IMG/VR virus record: IMGVR_UViG_3300034104_004745
Coordinates: 134,826 to 198,825 of that record
Length of the DNA stretch: 64,000 nucleotides
Reading direction: 5' to 3' (one strand)
Origin: a virus
Taxonomy: Duplodnaviria; Heunggongvirae; Uroviricota; Caudoviricetes
The stretch's first letter is position 1. The number at the start of each line of letters is the position of its first letter. Shown one piece after another: positions 21,525 to 33,172 of the stretch. The position numbers and the translations under genes are program-made. Below the pieces are notes generated by a model. The model worked only from the letters and a program-made list of their open reading frames with translations. It did not search any database and was not told the DNA's origin.

Positions 21525-24500
21525 TATTCAGCACTTGTAAAGGCGCCCTTATCGCCAAAATATTCTATAAATTTATCTACACCAGTTTTTCCAACTCTCA
21601 AACCAAAATAAAACATAAACGGTGTTGATAATATTTGTTTATTTCCCGTATAATAGTCTTGTGTTTTTCTGATTATAAAATCATCAGTAAAGTCCCAAGC
21701 CTGTGAATGCCACGTACCACCATTACCATATCTAGTATACATAGTACCTGTTAAAGGTTCAGTCACAGTTCCACTGGTTACATATAAATAAGTAAATCCT
21801 GGATATTCTGAATCAAAGTTAGTATGCGCGTCTACTGTTGAAATTTGATCAAATTCAATATCATTTGTTGCATTTCCTGTACTAACTGTTAAACCACTAA
21901 ATGTATATGTAATCGGTAATAAAAGATATTTGTCCGATGGGTCGCTAGTTGAACCAGTTAAATTATACGCATATGTCATCCCCTGTAATGGTTGAACCTG
22001 AACATTACTATAATCCCAAGATTGTTTATCTACTTTGTTGGTTTCATATGAACCAAATCCGGTACCTTTTTTATCCCATAAATAAAATGGTACTTTTTGT
22101 GATGATTCTGTTAATCTGCCAGGTTCATTTAAACAAGCTCTAACTCTTTCACCATCATCATCAAGGTACAATGTAACAGGTAACGGACCATAATTTGCAT
22201 TTCCGTTTTTGAAAACATTTGGATAAACATCCGGATCTAATACTTGGTATGAATACCCAAGATATCTAGGATTTTGTAAATCGAATTCTTCAATACCAGC
22301 TTCGTTATTAATAGAAATAAGTTGTAGAATATCACCATCTAAAATTTCATTTGTATATGTAAATCCAGTATTGTCAAAGAATTGTTCTAATTGAAAGTCG
22401 TTATTACTAACATCCATTCTATAGTTAATAGCCAACCCTAGAAGCTCGCCAAAGCTTTGAAAAGATGATGACCCTATTGATCTAGTAACTGAACAGTTTG
22501 GATCTAAAGATGGGTCCGTACATATTTCTTTTATGAATTCATCTCTAGGGCCTAAATCAACAATAGTTGTTGGCCTACCAAGTCTTTTAAATAAACCTTT
22601 AGTTTCACCCCAACTACTTTCAGAAACATATGGTGCAGATCTATAATAAAATTTTTCTTGTCCTGGAACATATCTAATAACATCACCACAATATTTTCCT
22701 TTTTTACCTTTAAATAAAAAGAAATATAATGATCCAGATAACCAGTTGTCAACAAAAGAATAATTTACAATACCACCACAAAATAATTTACCTACTCTTT
22801 TTCTTCTATAATATTCTCTTAATATTTCCCACACTCTTGTGGTTCTTTGTGCTCCCGGAACTATTGTGAATACGCCATTTTGAAACTCGGACATACCACT
22901 TCTGGTGAATTTGTCATATTGTTCACCCTCCCAAAATGGAATTAATGGTACACCACTACTATTATAATATTTTATATCATCAGACAATGTTGATCCATAT
23001 GTACTAAGCCCCTCGCCGTATGCAGTTCCACTAATATTTGTTGCAACAACACTTGTTGTTCCAGCCACATAACTAGAAGGAGAAATTGTGCCCGCCCAAC
23101 CATAACTAGTATATCCAGTATTAGGGTAATACCAACTAACTAAACCTTCATCATATGGGGTGTCGTATATATCACAACCTTCTTCCACCGAATCTGTTAT
23201 TGGTTGATCAATTGATTCCTTATCTGTTATACTTCTTATTGTTAATGTATATGAACCAGGTTCACTAAAAAGTACACCATCATCTTGAAATTTTATGGAT
23301 GTGTAACTTATTGTATTTCCACTACTATCCACTACTGCAGTTCCAGAAAATTGATTACTTAAAGAAGTATTACCATATGTTACACTACTAAGTTGATAAT
23401 CGGATTGATTATTAATAAAATAAAGTATACCATCTCCACCAGATATTAAAGCAGCACCTAATGCTTCTAAATCTTCACCAGGACAATCACCAGTTGTGTC
23501 TGGTGCAAATGTTAATGAGGTTACAGATAATGTTCTACTATTTTCAAGGTAATCACCGGTAATTGTTACACTACCAACAGAGCAATAGGCACTAGAACTT
23601 CCACTATTTTGAAGTTCACTACCCAAAGTATTTTCTCCATTACATTCTTCACATTCTGGATAGTTTATCAAGTATAACCTCCTTTGTCCGTTTTCTTGAG
23701 CCCTGAATGCCGCTTTTTTTATACTTCTCGCTAATTGTCTAATAGGTCTAAAATCTGCAGCATCACCAATTGTGAACAATAAACGTACTAAAGAGTTTGT
23801 AAATGTTAATGTTAATAGATTTATTAAATGTTCAATAAATAATAATACCGAAGAAATTAATAAAGAAAATGTTCTATTTCTTTTTCCAAAATTTACTGGC
23901 GGTGTTACTATCTCACTAGAACAATCTTCTTCTTCTGGTGGTACAATTTCTTTAATACCAACATATCTGTCATTTGTAAAAAATGTGCTATTGTAATGAA
24001 TATTTTGAAAAGAAGAGACTGTATATACTTTATTGTATGTTACCCTATAAAAATAATCTCTTGGGTAAAATTGACCAAAGTCATTATACAATATACCTTT
24101 GTTTTCGTCAGTTGAAACAGCGCTTGTAGGATAATCACTCCAACTAGTTGAGAAGGCATATGATTTATCTTTTTCTCCAGAATGTTCTCTAATGTTTGGA
24201 ACTAAAAAGTTAGCAGTTTTTCTTACTCTTTCATTTCCACTATCATCTAAACTAAAACGAAATCTATAACACGCCGCTGTTGCTACACCTTTATTTGGAT
24301 CATTGGTTATTTCATTTTCACCAAATTCATTTGTGTATATAAATTCGGAATTCATTGGAAGTGGTAAAACAAATCCACCGTCCTCTGGAATATCCTCATC
24401 GATTTCGTATGTTTCTAATATTGGTCTATTTTGTGAATCTTTTTCAGCCCTGAATCTAATTGCTTCAATCTTACCACTCTTTGTTGTTAAATCACACTTT

Positions 24501-25339
24501 CTACCCATTTTTCGTCTGGGTTGGCAATTTTTATTAAGTGAGTTACTTCCTTTATCGGTATACGTTCCTCCAATTAAAAATGCTTTAGGCTCTATGTTAA
24601 CCCCCTGATCAGATAAATCAAAATCAGTTCTAGTTATACCAATTTGACACAAATCTAGGTTACCCCAAAAAGGATAAACATCTATTGTTCTATCAAAAGA
24701 AACAATTTGTGGTAAGGAATCTAAATCTTTTGAAGCTTTATATGAATAGGTGTTTTTAAATGAATCTACACCCATACCTTGTCTAATAAAATCGTAAGGT
24801 CTTAACGAAAAACACCCTATATCAGACAAATCAACATCAACATGTATGGTTTGTTCACCTAATGGGACCCCCCAAATCATGAAATCCCCAGAACTGTTAG
24901 TTTTTACTGTATATTTGTAATATTTTTCAAAAACCTCAAGATATTCTTCTCTAGAAAGAATGTCTGTCTGATCTGGGAATGTTCCGGTTGGTTCATGACC
25001 ACCGTGTTGTTTTCTAGATGGTAATAAGTTATATCTATAACCATCTTCGTTTTTGTCTTGTGCTACTTTATATGGATATAATGATGATATAACTGGATCA
25101 TTTTCATCACTTTCTTGTAACGGGATGAATATAGAAACTCTAGCATTCGGGACCCCTAATCCATTATTAACACTAATTCTACCACAAACAACACCATAGT
25201 CAGCACATAAAGAAGTATATACATCCTGTTGAGTAAATTTTAAAGATAGGATCTCTAAAAGATCATAATCTTGTTTTAACTCTACAGTTACCTTCTTATC
25301 CCCATTTAAACTGGTATTGATCCTGTGTTTTTGTATCAT
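21524..25339 (-). CDS. Large baseplate/tail-associated protein with N-terminal prealbumin-like (carboxypeptidase-regulatory-like) domain
   Basis: GVVCGRI...GVPNARVSIF...TVKTNSSGDFMIWGVPLG pattern; hydrophobic segment near aa 490-520; follows the gp6-like gene. Confidence 0.55.
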   Translation of the reverse strand: MIQKHRINTSLNGDKKVTVELKQDYDLLEILSLKFTQQDVYTSLCADYGVVCGRISVNNGLGVPNARVSIFIPLQESDENDPVISSLYPYKVAQDKNEDGYRYNLLPSRKQHGGHEPTGTFPDQTDILSREEYLEVFEKYYKYTVKTNSSGDFMIWGVPLGEQTIHVDVDLSDIGCFSLRPYDFIRQGMGVDSFKNTYSYKASKDLDSLPQIVSFDRTIDVYPFWGNLDLCQIGITRTDFDLSDQGVNIEPKAFLIGGTYTDKGSNSLNKNCQPRRKMGRKCDLTTKSGKIEAIRFRAEKDSQNRPILETYEIDEDIPEDGGFVLPLPMNSEFIYTNEFGENEITNDPNKGVATAACYRFRFSLDDSGNERVRKTANFLVPNIREHSGEKDKSYAFSTSWSDYPTSAVSTDENKGILYNDFGQFYPRDYFYRVTYNKVYTVSSFQNIHYNSTFFTNDRYVGIKEIVPPEEEDCSSEIVTPPVNFGKRNRTFSLLISSVLLFIEHLINLLTLTFTNSLVRLLFTIGDAADFRPIRQLARSIKKAAFRAQENGQRRLYLINYPECEECNGENTLGSELQNSGSSSAYCSVGSVTITGDYLENSRTLSVTSLTFAPDTTGDCPGEDLEALGAALISGGDGILYFINNQSDYQLSSVTYGNTSLSNQFSGTAVVDSSGNTISYTSIKFQDDGVLFSEPGSYTLTIRSITDKESIDQPITDSVEEGCDIYDTPYDEGLVSWYYPNTGYTSYGWAGTISPSSYVAGTTSVVATNISGTAYGEGLSTYGSTLSDDIKYYNSSGVPLIPFWEGEQYDKFTRSGMSEFQNGVFTIVPGAQRTTRVWEILREYYRRKRVGKLFCGGIVNYSFVDNWLSGSLYFFLFKGKKGKYCGDVIRYVPGQEKFYYRSAPYVSESSWGETKGLFKRLGRPTTIVDLGPRDEFIKEICTDPSLDPNCSVTRSIGSSSFQSFGELLGLAINYRMDVSNNDFQLEQFFDNTGFTYTNEILDGDILQLISINNEAGIEEFDLQNPRYLGYSYQVLDPDVYPNVFKNGNANYGPLPVTLYLDDDGERVRACLNEPGRLTESSQKVPFYLWDKKGTGFGSYETNKVDKQSWDYSNVQVQPLQGMTYAYNLTGSTSDPSDKYLLLPITYTFSGLTVSTGNATNDIEFDQISTVDAHTNFDSEYPGFTYLYVTSGTVTEPLTGTMYTRYGNGGTWHSQAWDFTDDFIIRKTQDYYTGNKQILSTPFMFYFGLRVGKTGVDKFIEYFGDKGAFTSAE

Positions 25340-25399
25340 ATTAACTATAAATAGAAACTCATCAATTTTCCTATAGAAAAAAGATAAGTAAAAAAGACG

Positions 25400-27232
25400 T
25401 TAATATGTAGTCGTGCCTAATGTTTTTACCCTTATTTTTATATCTTTCTGAGGGAACCTGATTTGAAATATTTGGTTAGCCTTCATAAACACTGTCATAT
25501 CGCTTTGTAGAATCTCTTTTGTGGCTGTATCTTTATATGATTGTGACACTTGTGAAGATGAATATTCACCACCGATCTTGTTATAAGCTCTAACTTCTAT
25601 CACGTTAACAACACCAGGAACGTTATTTACATCTTTCATTAACTCACCAACAAATAATGGATCACCCATTTTTCTTTTATCAATTGAAAAATACTCTGTT
25701 GTTGCTGTAATTACATCTCTAATAACTTCTCCTTGATTTTGATTTTTATCTAAAAGCAAGTCAATCTCCAATCCTAAATCGATAACCTCACCACTAACAA
25801 TATCAATATAGTCGTTAATCATTCTATATTGTGAAAGATAATTCAAAATGTTTTGTTTTAATGTGTTAGATACTACACTTGTTAAATTACCGCTTTGGTC
25901 ATATGAAAGTAATTTAACTCTTACTTTATTGTCTTCCTCCATTACGTTTACTTTAGCCGGCGCACCATATGTAGCTGGCATTGTTTCAATCATCGATTTG
26001 TAATCATTTAATGTTACAGCTCTGTTTTGTGCAGCAAAATTGTACGATACCATCGCTCTAAGTTCTTCTACTGTTGGTTGATCTGAACCACCAACTGCAG
26101 GTGTAATGTTTGTCACATTTAAAGATTGTGAAACTTGACTATTTGTATTTGAATTTGGGCCTGTTATAATAAAATCAGAGTTTTCTACGTTACTAATAAC
26201 ACCAACCCCTACATTACTTTCTTTACCGCCGCCAATTCTATATTTTATAAACAACGTACTATCTTGTTTTGGTATTGAACCTAATGATAGATTGTTCAAA
26301 TATGAAGATAAATTTACTTTTAACTTATCTGTAATGTAATTATCCAAATTATCTAATGGGTCTACATTACCAGAACCAAAAGTCAAAAAGAAATATCCTT
26401 CTGGTGTATATTCAGTGATAAATTTATTTTGTACTGGCACATATTCACCAGCTTTAAAATTAGCCCTATCAGAAACTGAAGTTGTACTTGACACAAATAC
26501 TTTATCTTGTACTAATGATTGAACTTCATACCATTTATTTGGATCGCCAATAAATTCACTGTATGCTGGATTACCAACAAATGATGTACCTTCTTTGTGA
26601 ATTACTGCTGAAACACCTAAAACGTTTCTTTCTGGTAAAAATATCTTTAAGAATGGTCTTTGTTCTTGTTGTGTAATAACCTTTCTAAATATTTTTGTTA
26701 CCCCATTAACAACCGCTTCTCTTTTTACTATTGTATATGAAATTAAGTTGTTATTGTTATCAGTATTAGGTAATTTAAGTCTATTAGGCTCACCTTTACT
26801 ATTAAATGGGTTTGAAAAATCAATATCTTCTATTGTTTCAAAAATCTGACCTCCACCCGAAACTTGAGCACCTGCTCTTAAAATACCTTCGTATCTATCA
26901 TCATCTTTATCCCCCTTAACCGGAACATTAATACTAAAATCACATAAAGCAACTGAAGGTCTTTGACCTGGAATTCTTATACCATATGTTTTTGCAATAT
27001 GAAATAAAGATTGTCTTTTTTGAGCAAAATCTAACATGGTTTCTTGCCAAACCCTATCAATATGAAAATGAAGGTTATCTGAAACCGCCGCATTTAAATC
27101 TAATAATACAGAATAAATTGACGCATCATTTGTATTCTGTATAATATCTGGATAATATTCTTTGGTTAAATTTACTAGGTCTTGTCTTAACCCAGCAAAA
27201 TCTCTATTAGTATATGCTATCTTTTTGCTCAT
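25400..27232 (-). CDS. Baseplate wedge protein (T4 gp6 / P2 gpJ-like)
   Basis: YTNRDFAGLRQDL N-terminus; AVGGSDQPTVEELR...AQNRAVTLNDY motif. Confidence 0.9.
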   Translation of the reverse strand: MSKKIAYTNRDFAGLRQDLVNLTKEYYPDIIQNTNDASIYSVLLDLNAAVSDNLHFHIDRVWQETMLDFAQKRQSLFHIAKTYGIRIPGQRPSVALCDFSINVPVKGDKDDDRYEGILRAGAQVSGGGQIFETIEDIDFSNPFNSKGEPNRLKLPNTDNNNNLISYTIVKREAVVNGVTKIFRKVITQQEQRPFLKIFLPERNVLGVSAVIHKEGTSFVGNPAYSEFIGDPNKWYEVQSLVQDKVFVSSTTSVSDRANFKAGEYVPVQNKFITEYTPEGYFFLTFGSGNVDPLDNLDNYITDKLKVNLSSYLNNLSLGSIPKQDSTLFIKYRIGGGKESNVGVGVISNVENSDFIITGPNSNTNSQVSQSLNVTNITPAVGGSDQPTVEELRAMVSYNFAAQNRAVTLNDYKSMIETMPATYGAPAKVNVMEEDNKVRVKLLSYDQSGNLTSVVSNTLKQNILNYLSQYRMINDYIDIVSGEVIDLGLEIDLLLDKNQNQGEVIRDVITATTEYFSIDKRKMGDPLFVGELMKDVNNVPGVVNVIEVRAYNKIGGEYSSSQVSQSYKDTATKEILQSDMTVFMKANQIFQIRFPQKDIKIRVKTLGTTTY

Positions 27233-27233
27233 A

Positions 27234-27689
27234 TTATATGTTAATAATTACAAAGTCAGAACTAGAAAAAGTTCCATTATTTGTTGTGTAATCAATTCTT
27301 ATTTTTGCTGTGTATGGCTTTGTTGACCCATCACCAGTTCTAAATAATCTGATGTCCTCATCCTCACTAATACTTGACGCTCCGTCTTCCGGATCAATAT
27401 CGGGATTCGTTATTTTTATTGAGTTTATTTCTAAATTAGGTATGTATATTTTTACTGTTTCTCTGATCTCATCTTCAATACTAGAATATGTAATTGAATC
27501 ATTTAAATCAAAAATAAATTCGTATAGTCTAGTTCCAAAATCTGGTAAAAAATATCTACTACCCTTTCTTGTCAATAATAAATGAATAAGATTAGCTCTA
27601 ATCTCTTCATCCTTATCAAGGGTCATTCTAGTATAATCACCTAGGGTGCTATTTCTAAAAGGAAAATCTATGCCATATTTAGTAACCAT
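27234..27689 (-). CDS. Baseplate wedge / sheath initiator (T4 gp25, GPW-like); likely start 27689, not 27740
   Basis: GIDFPF...IRANLIHLLLTRKGSRYFLPDFGTRL; the longer start runs into a terminator and across the TATTTAT motif. Confidence 0.9.
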   Translation of the reverse strand: MVTKYGIDFPFRNSTLGDYTRMTLDKDEEIRANLIHLLLTRKGSRYFLPDFGTRLYEFIFDLNDSITYSSIEDEIRETVKIYIPNLEINSIKITNPDIDPEDGASSISEDEDIRLFRTGDGSTKPYTAKIRIDYTTNNGTFSSSDFVIINI

Positions 27690-27726
27690 AACAATAAATA
27701 TAAACAATACTAAAATGGATATAAAT

Positions 27727-27756
27727 AAAAAAAGCGACACTTTTTAAAAGTGCCGC
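27727..27756 (-). terminator. Intrinsic terminator after nrdA and the structured element
   Basis: GCGGCACTTT...AAAGTGTCGC followed by T7. Confidence 0.8.
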
Positions 27757-27764
27757 AATTTAGT

Positions 27765-27848
27765 GACTTGATATTCGCCCCCTGTATTCACAAGTCCTGG
27801 ATGCTTAAGGTACGCCTCAACGACAGCTATGCTTTGAGGGAGCCATCC
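27765..27848 (-). ncRNA. Candidate structured RNA between nrdA stop and terminator
   Basis: GC-rich island; stems GGATG/CATCC, CCTCAA/TTGAGG, GACTTG/CAAGTC. Confidence 0.45.
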
Positions 27849-27854
27849 ATTAAC

Positions 27855-30293
27855 TTATGACCCGCATCCTTCGCACTCAAATGGCGAATCACTAGGTCTG
27901 CTTGCCACCATAACAACTTCGGGAGTTTCCTCACTTATAATTGTATTTTGTGGTGCATCATATGTTACTGGATGTTGTTTTTGTTGTGTGTCAGCTACCG
28001 GTTTAACGGCGCCCACATCTAATCCCAATCCTTTAATTGGGTCAACCGCAGATCTTGTTCTTAGATAGTACATACCTGTTTTTAAACCTAACTTCCAACC
28101 AAATAGATGAGCTGCTAAAACTTTGGCTTTGGTAGCATTATCGATAAATAAGTTCATTGATTGAGATTGATCAATAAAGATACTTCTATTTGCTGCCATT
28201 TGTAAAACCCTCTTTTGAGACATTTCCCAAACAGTTTTATAAACTTCTTTTATTTGTGTTGGTATTTCTGGAATATTTTGAACTGATCCATTTTCTAAAA
28301 TTAATTTATTTTTTAAATCTTCATTCCAAAGTCCAAGATTCATTAAATCTTTTACTAAGTGTTTGTTTACTACAATAAATTCACCGCCTAGTGTTCTTCT
28401 TGAATAAAGGTTTGTTGTAAATGGTTCAAAAGCTTCGTTATTACCTAGGATTTGTGCTGTTGATGCTGTTGGCATTGGTGCAACTAGTAATGAATTACGA
28501 ACACCGTATTTAACAACTTCTTTTCTTAACGATTTCCAATCCCATCTACCTGACATATCTTTATCAGTCTTACCCCACATCTCATATTGGAAAATTCCTT
28601 TTTCGATTGGTGACCCTGATATTGATTCATAAGCACCAACTTCTTTAGCAATATCCTTTGATGATGTTAATGCTGCAAAGTAAATTGTTTCAAAAATATC
28701 ACTTTGTAATTTATCGGCATCATCACTTTCAAATGGTAATGATAACATACAGAATACATCTGCTAATCCTTGTACACCTAAACCAATTGGTCTATGTCTA
28801 AAGTTAGATCTTTTAGTTTCTTCAGTTGGATAGAAATTTAAATCAATTACATTGTTTAAGTTTTTAACAACTTGATATGTGTATTCGAATAATAGTTGAT
28901 GATTGAATTCACCATCTAAAATATATTTTGGTAATGCAATCGATGCTAGGTTACACACAGCTTGCTCTGTTGGTGAACTATACTCAATAATTTCAGTACA
29001 TAAGTTTGATGACTTAATTGTGCCTAGATTTTTTTGATTTGATTTATAATTCGCAGCATCCTTATATAGCATATAAGGTGTACCCGTTTCAATTTGAGCG
29101 GTTAAAATAGCATCCATAAGCTTTCTAGCTTTCATTACTTTTCTAGCTCTTCCTTCTTGCTCATATTGTTCATATAATCTAGTAAATGCTTTATCTTCTG
29201 GTGTGTCATAAGCATCAGATAATCCTGGTGCTTCGTCTGGAGAAAATAATGACCAGTCACCATCAGTCTCGACACGTTGCATAAATAAATCAGGTGTCCA
29301 CATTGCTAAGAACAAATCTCTTGCTCTCATTTCTTCTTTACCGTGATTTTTTCTAAGGTCAATAAATTCAAGAACATCTGAATGCCAAGGTTCTAGATAA
29401 ACAGCAAAAGAACCTTTACGCTTACCCCCTTGATTAATCCAACGAGCAACCTCATTATAAGTTTTCATCATTGGTAATAAACCATCCGACATACCACCAG
29501 TTCCTTTAATATAGGCGCCTTTAGCTCTTACATCATGAACATGTAGACCAATACCACCTGCCCACTTAGAAATCTTTGCTACATCTTTAATAGTATCAAA
29601 TAATCCATCAATATCATCACCCTTATTTCCAATTAAAAAACAAGAAGACATTTGAGGTCTACGTGTTCCGGCATTAAACAATGTTGGTGTTGCATGTGTA
29701 TAGAAGTGTTGTGATAAATCATCATAAATTCTTAATGCCATTTGGACATCTCCATTACAAATACCAACAGCAACTCTCATATACATATATTGAGGTCTTT
29801 CTACTGTTCTTTCACCAATCTTTAAAAGATAAGATCTTTCTAAAGTTTTGAAACCAAAATAATCGAAGTCAAAATCTCTAGTTAGATTAATTGCCCCATC
29901 AATTATTTCTTTATTCTCCATCACAAAGTCATAAACCTCATCAGCGATTAAGCTAGATTGAACACCAGTTTTAGGCTCAATAAATGAATGTAATTCTTTA
30001 ATTGCTTGTGAAAATTTCTTTGGTGTAGTTTTATGTGATAACGTAACAGCAATTCTACCAGCTAATTTTGCATAGTCTGGATGTGTTGTTGTCATAGAGG
30101 CTGCAGTTTCTGCTGCCAATATATCTAATTCTTTGGTGGTGATGCCGTCATAAATCCCTTGTGTAACTTTTAATGTAATAAATGTTGGATCAACATAATC
30201 CATATTTAAATCATTACATAGAGCACTAATTCTTTTAGTGATCTTGTCATATCTCATTTCTTCTAACGTTCCGTCTCTTTTTAGTACTTTCAT
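27855..30293 (-). CDS. nrdA: Ribonucleotide reductase class Ia, alpha subunit with ATP cone
   Basis: VLKRDG ATP cone; ATPTLFNAG, SSCFL, SSNLCTEI, APMPTAST, KTGMYYLR, C-terminal CEGC. Confidence 0.97.
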   Translation of the reverse strand: MKVLKRDGTLEEMRYDKITKRISALCNDLNMDYVDPTFITLKVTQGIYDGITTKELDILAAETAASMTTTHPDYAKLAGRIAVTLSHKTTPKKFSQAIKELHSFIEPKTGVQSSLIADEVYDFVMENKEIIDGAINLTRDFDFDYFGFKTLERSYLLKIGERTVERPQYMYMRVAVGICNGDVQMALRIYDDLSQHFYTHATPTLFNAGTRRPQMSSCFLIGNKGDDIDGLFDTIKDVAKISKWAGGIGLHVHDVRAKGAYIKGTGGMSDGLLPMMKTYNEVARWINQGGKRKGSFAVYLEPWHSDVLEFIDLRKNHGKEEMRARDLFLAMWTPDLFMQRVETDGDWSLFSPDEAPGLSDAYDTPEDKAFTRLYEQYEQEGRARKVMKARKLMDAILTAQIETGTPYMLYKDAANYKSNQKNLGTIKSSNLCTEIIEYSSPTEQAVCNLASIALPKYILDGEFNHQLLFEYTYQVVKNLNNVIDLNFYPTEETKRSNFRHRPIGLGVQGLADVFCMLSLPFESDDADKLQSDIFETIYFAALTSSKDIAKEVGAYESISGSPIEKGIFQYEMWGKTDKDMSGRWDWKSLRKEVVKYGVRNSLLVAPMPTASTAQILGNNEAFEPFTTNLYSRRTLGGEFIVVNKHLVKDLMNLGLWNEDLKNKLILENGSVQNIPEIPTQIKEVYKTVWEMSQKRVLQMAANRSIFIDQSQSMNLFIDNATKAKVLAAHLFGWKLGLKTGMYYLRTRSAVDPIKGLGLDVGAVKPVADTQQKQHPVTYDAPQNTIISEETPEVVMVASRPSDSPFECEGCGS

Positions 30294-30308
30294 CTCTTAT
30301 TAAAAATT

Positions 30309-31286
30309 TTAAAATTCTAAATCACCAAATGCTGATTCAAGATCTTCAGATTCTGAAGTTTTATTGACACCCGCTTTTTGATATTCTGCAACTCTTTTTT
30401 CAAAGAAGTTTGTCTTTCCTTGTAATGCAATATTTTGCATGAAATCAAATGGATTTTCTACATTATAAACTTTAGGAACACCTAATGCAACTAATAATCT
30501 ATCTGTAACAAATTCTAAATATTGCGACATTAAATCTGAATTCATACCAATTAAACGAACTGGTAATGCTTCAAGAATAAATTCTTTCTCAATTTCTAAA
30601 GCACCACAAACAATATCTTTAATTTCTTGTTGTGACAATTTATTTTGAATATGGTGATTAAACAAATGACATGCAAAATCACAGTGCATACCTTCATCAC
30701 GAGAAATCAATTCATTAGAAAATGTAAGCCCAGGCATTAGTCCTCTTTTCTTTAACCAGAAAATCGAACAGAAAGAACCAGAGAAGAAAATACCCTCAAC
30801 AGCAGCAAACGCAATCAAACGCTCTACAAAAGTGCCTTTATCAATATATCTCAAAGCCCATTCAGCTTTTCTTTTAATTGCTGGTATGGTATCGATAGCA
30901 TTAAATAATTTATTCTGTTCTTCTTTATCTTTAATGTATGAGTCAATCAATAATGAATATGTTTCACTATGAATGTTTTCCATCATAATCTGAAAACCGT
31001 AAAACATTTTTGCCTCAGTATATTGTACAGCATTAACAAAATTCATTGCAATGTTTTCATTAACAATACCGTCAGATGCTGCGAAAAAAGCTAACACATG
31101 TTTAACAAAATGTTGCTCATCTGCATTTAATTTGTTTTCCCAATCATAGATATCTTGACCTAAATCAATTTCTTCAGCAGTCCAAAAACATGCTTCTTGT
31201 TGTTTATAGAGTTTCCATAAGTCATGGTGCTCGATTGGGAAAAGGACGAAACGTCCGGGATTGTCGACTAAAATCTTCTCGGTCAT
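30309..31286 (-). CDS. nrdB: Ribonucleotide reductase class Ia, beta subunit
   Basis: [53 protein letters not shown]. Confidence 0.97.
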   Translation of the reverse strand: MTEKILVDNPGRFVLFPIEHHDLWKLYKQQEACFWTAEEIDLGQDIYDWENKLNADEQHFVKHVLAFFAASDGIVNENIAMNFVNAVQYTEAKMFYGFQIMMENIHSETYSLLIDSYIKDKEEQNKLFNAIDTIPAIKRKAEWALRYIDKGTFVERLIAFAAVEGIFFSGSFCSIFWLKKRGLMPGLTFSNELISRDEGMHCDFACHLFNHHIQNKLSQQEIKDIVCGALEIEKEFILEALPVRLIGMNSDLMSQYLEFVTDRLLVALGVPKVYNVENPFDFMQNIALQGKTNFFEKRVAEYQKAGVNKTSESEDLESAFGDLEF

Positions 31287-31296
31287 GTTATTTGTT

Positions 31297-32688
31297 TTAT
31301 TTATTGATTAATTCTTTTCTTTCTAGATACTCATTGTAAGCTTTGTTCTTACGTTGTTTTGCTTCTTCTTGTTGGTCTACTTTGAAGCCAAGTAGTGTGT
31401 TCTGATGATCTACATCGATTTCTAGGAATTCATTATTGAATTTACAATTATTGAATACCACACCGTCTCTACCAATTCTAGATTTTAATAAAGTAAGTGT
31501 AGCTAAATTCATTTCCTTTTGTTCAAGTGTTTTACCAATTGATAATACAACGTGACCAATTTGAGCCTTCTTGATAGAACCACCCATTTGATCTGTTGTA
31601 ACTACTTCACTCTTAATAGACTCTCTATTACCTTGTGTTGCAGTCCATATCGCAATATCAAATTCAGATGTCATAGATTCAAGTTGTCTCATGATTGCAC
31701 CATCTCCTTTCCATTCTTCATTATAGTTTGTCTTTTCTGGAGAGATACAGTCAACATAATCCAAAGTTACTAAATCTATTCGAAAACCATCAGCTTGCAT
31801 CTTCCTTAATTTAGATTTTATTTCAGAAACAGTAACTGAATCACTTGGGATCTTCAATAATCTTAACTCGCCGGTTGATGAATTTTTTCTTTCTGTAACC
31901 ATTCTTTCAACCTCTTCTGCCTGAAGTGGTTGTTCTTTTGGTGTAATTCCAGTCCAAATTGTAAAATGTTTTCGTTTAATGTTATTCACATTATCCTCAA
32001 AGAAAATTTGAACAACATTATAGCCTTGGTTAAACGCTTCATTTGAGAATTTAGTTAATAATGTTGTTTTACCAGTACCTGTTGGTGCTAAAACAACCCC
32101 TAATTCACCTCTACCCAAGCCGCCATCTAATAAATTATCAATACCTACAACACCTGTTGGTATTGGTCTTCTATTATCTGCTTGTAAAGCTAAACTAATA
32201 CTTTCAAAGATATCAACAACATCATTATCAGTTGCCCCAACTTGTAGAGCATCTTGAATTAATTTCTCGATTTTGTGATATTCTTCAAATTCACCCTTAG
32301 AAGTGATCTCCTCTATCTTTTTAATGGTTTTTTTTAGAACTTGTTGTTTACAAAAGTTCATTGCCTTATCCTTAATAAGAGGAACACCGCCCAGATCAAT
32401 AACATGATCTTGTATGTTCTTTATAGTGTCAATAAATGCCGTTCTAGCGGTATCTGAAACACTCTCAGAAAGGATTTTTTGTTCTAAAGCAGAGTAAGAA
32501 GGTAATGTGTTATATTTTTCATAACACTCCTTAATATTCTGCATAATGAACTTAAATCCATTATTATCAAAGTAGCTTTGATCCATGACCTCAACTATAC
32601 TTTCACCGAATTTTCGGTCTTCTATAATAGTTTTTAGTAGTTCTATTTGATACGTTTGCCCTAAATGGCCAAAGTTTTTTTCGGTCAT
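31297..32688 (-). CDS. dnaB: Replicative DnaB-like helicase (T4 gp41-like)
   Basis: Walker [28 protein letters not shown]. Confidence 0.9.
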   Translation of the reverse strand: MTEKNFGHLGQTYQIELLKTIIEDRKFGESIVEVMDQSYFDNNGFKFIMQNIKECYEKYNTLPSYSALEQKILSESVSDTARTAFIDTIKNIQDHVIDLGGVPLIKDKAMNFCKQQVLKKTIKKIEEITSKGEFEEYHKIEKLIQDALQVGATDNDVVDIFESISLALQADNRRPIPTGVVGIDNLLDGGLGRGELGVVLAPTGTGKTTLLTKFSNEAFNQGYNVVQIFFEDNVNNIKRKHFTIWTGITPKEQPLQAEEVERMVTERKNSSTGELRLLKIPSDSVTVSEIKSKLRKMQADGFRIDLVTLDYVDCISPEKTNYNEEWKGDGAIMRQLESMTSEFDIAIWTATQGNRESIKSEVVTTDQMGGSIKKAQIGHVVLSIGKTLEQKEMNLATLTLLKSRIGRDGVVFNNCKFNNEFLEIDVDHQNTLLGFKVDQQEEAKQRKNKAYNEYLERKELINK

Positions 32689-32716
32689 AATATAAAATTA
32701 TTATATATAAAATAAA

Positions 32717-33160
32717 TTAAAGTTGGTACTGAAGATATGTCGTTTCTGGATTACCATATGACAAAACTTCAGTTAAATCTGCCAAAATTCTTCTCAATTT
32801 TGGTCGAATATCTACAGCATATCTAACTTTTGGATGGTAGTAATGTGCTGCGAATATTCTTTGAATAAATACATCGTCTCCTTGCTTAATTTCTAGCAAA
32901 AAGTATTGTTCTTCTGCTTCTTTTGGATCTTCCACAAAGTCATTATTCATAAAAAATCCTTGATTTTCGATAAGGTATTCGGAACTTTTTATTTTCAAAT
33001 CTTCCGATATTTCTTCACAAATATTTTTTACTTCATAATGCAATTCCATAGATTTTCTGGTTGTAGGATTGTAATCCCTAACGTTAAAGAATCTTTGGCA
33101 GATGATATTGCCATCTAGTGTAAGTAAAAATTCAAACTTGTTTTGTTCTTGAATGTTCAT
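32717..33160 (-). CDS. Hypothetical protein in replication operon
   Basis: 147-aa ORF packed between exonuclease and helicase. Confidence 0.7.
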   Translation of the reverse strand: MNIQEQNKFEFLLTLDGNIICQRFFNVRDYNPTTRKSMELHYEVKNICEEISEDLKIKSSEYLIENQGFFMNNDFVEDPKEAEEQYFLLEIKQGDDVFIQRIFAAHYYHPKVRYAVDIRPKLRRILADLTEVLSYGNPETTYLQYQL

Positions 33161-33172
33161 AAGTCTTAGTTT

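Noticed and set aside
27690-27740. Hydrophobic N-terminal extension of the gp25-like ORF (apparent signal or TM segment)
   Set aside because: Translation of AT-rich promoter/terminator DNA; the likely start is 27689
27765-27848. HDV-like (GGCGAAT) or twister-like (TAAGC) ribozyme assignment
   Set aside because: Required stem order and pseudoknots could not be built by eye; kept only as an unassigned structured RNA
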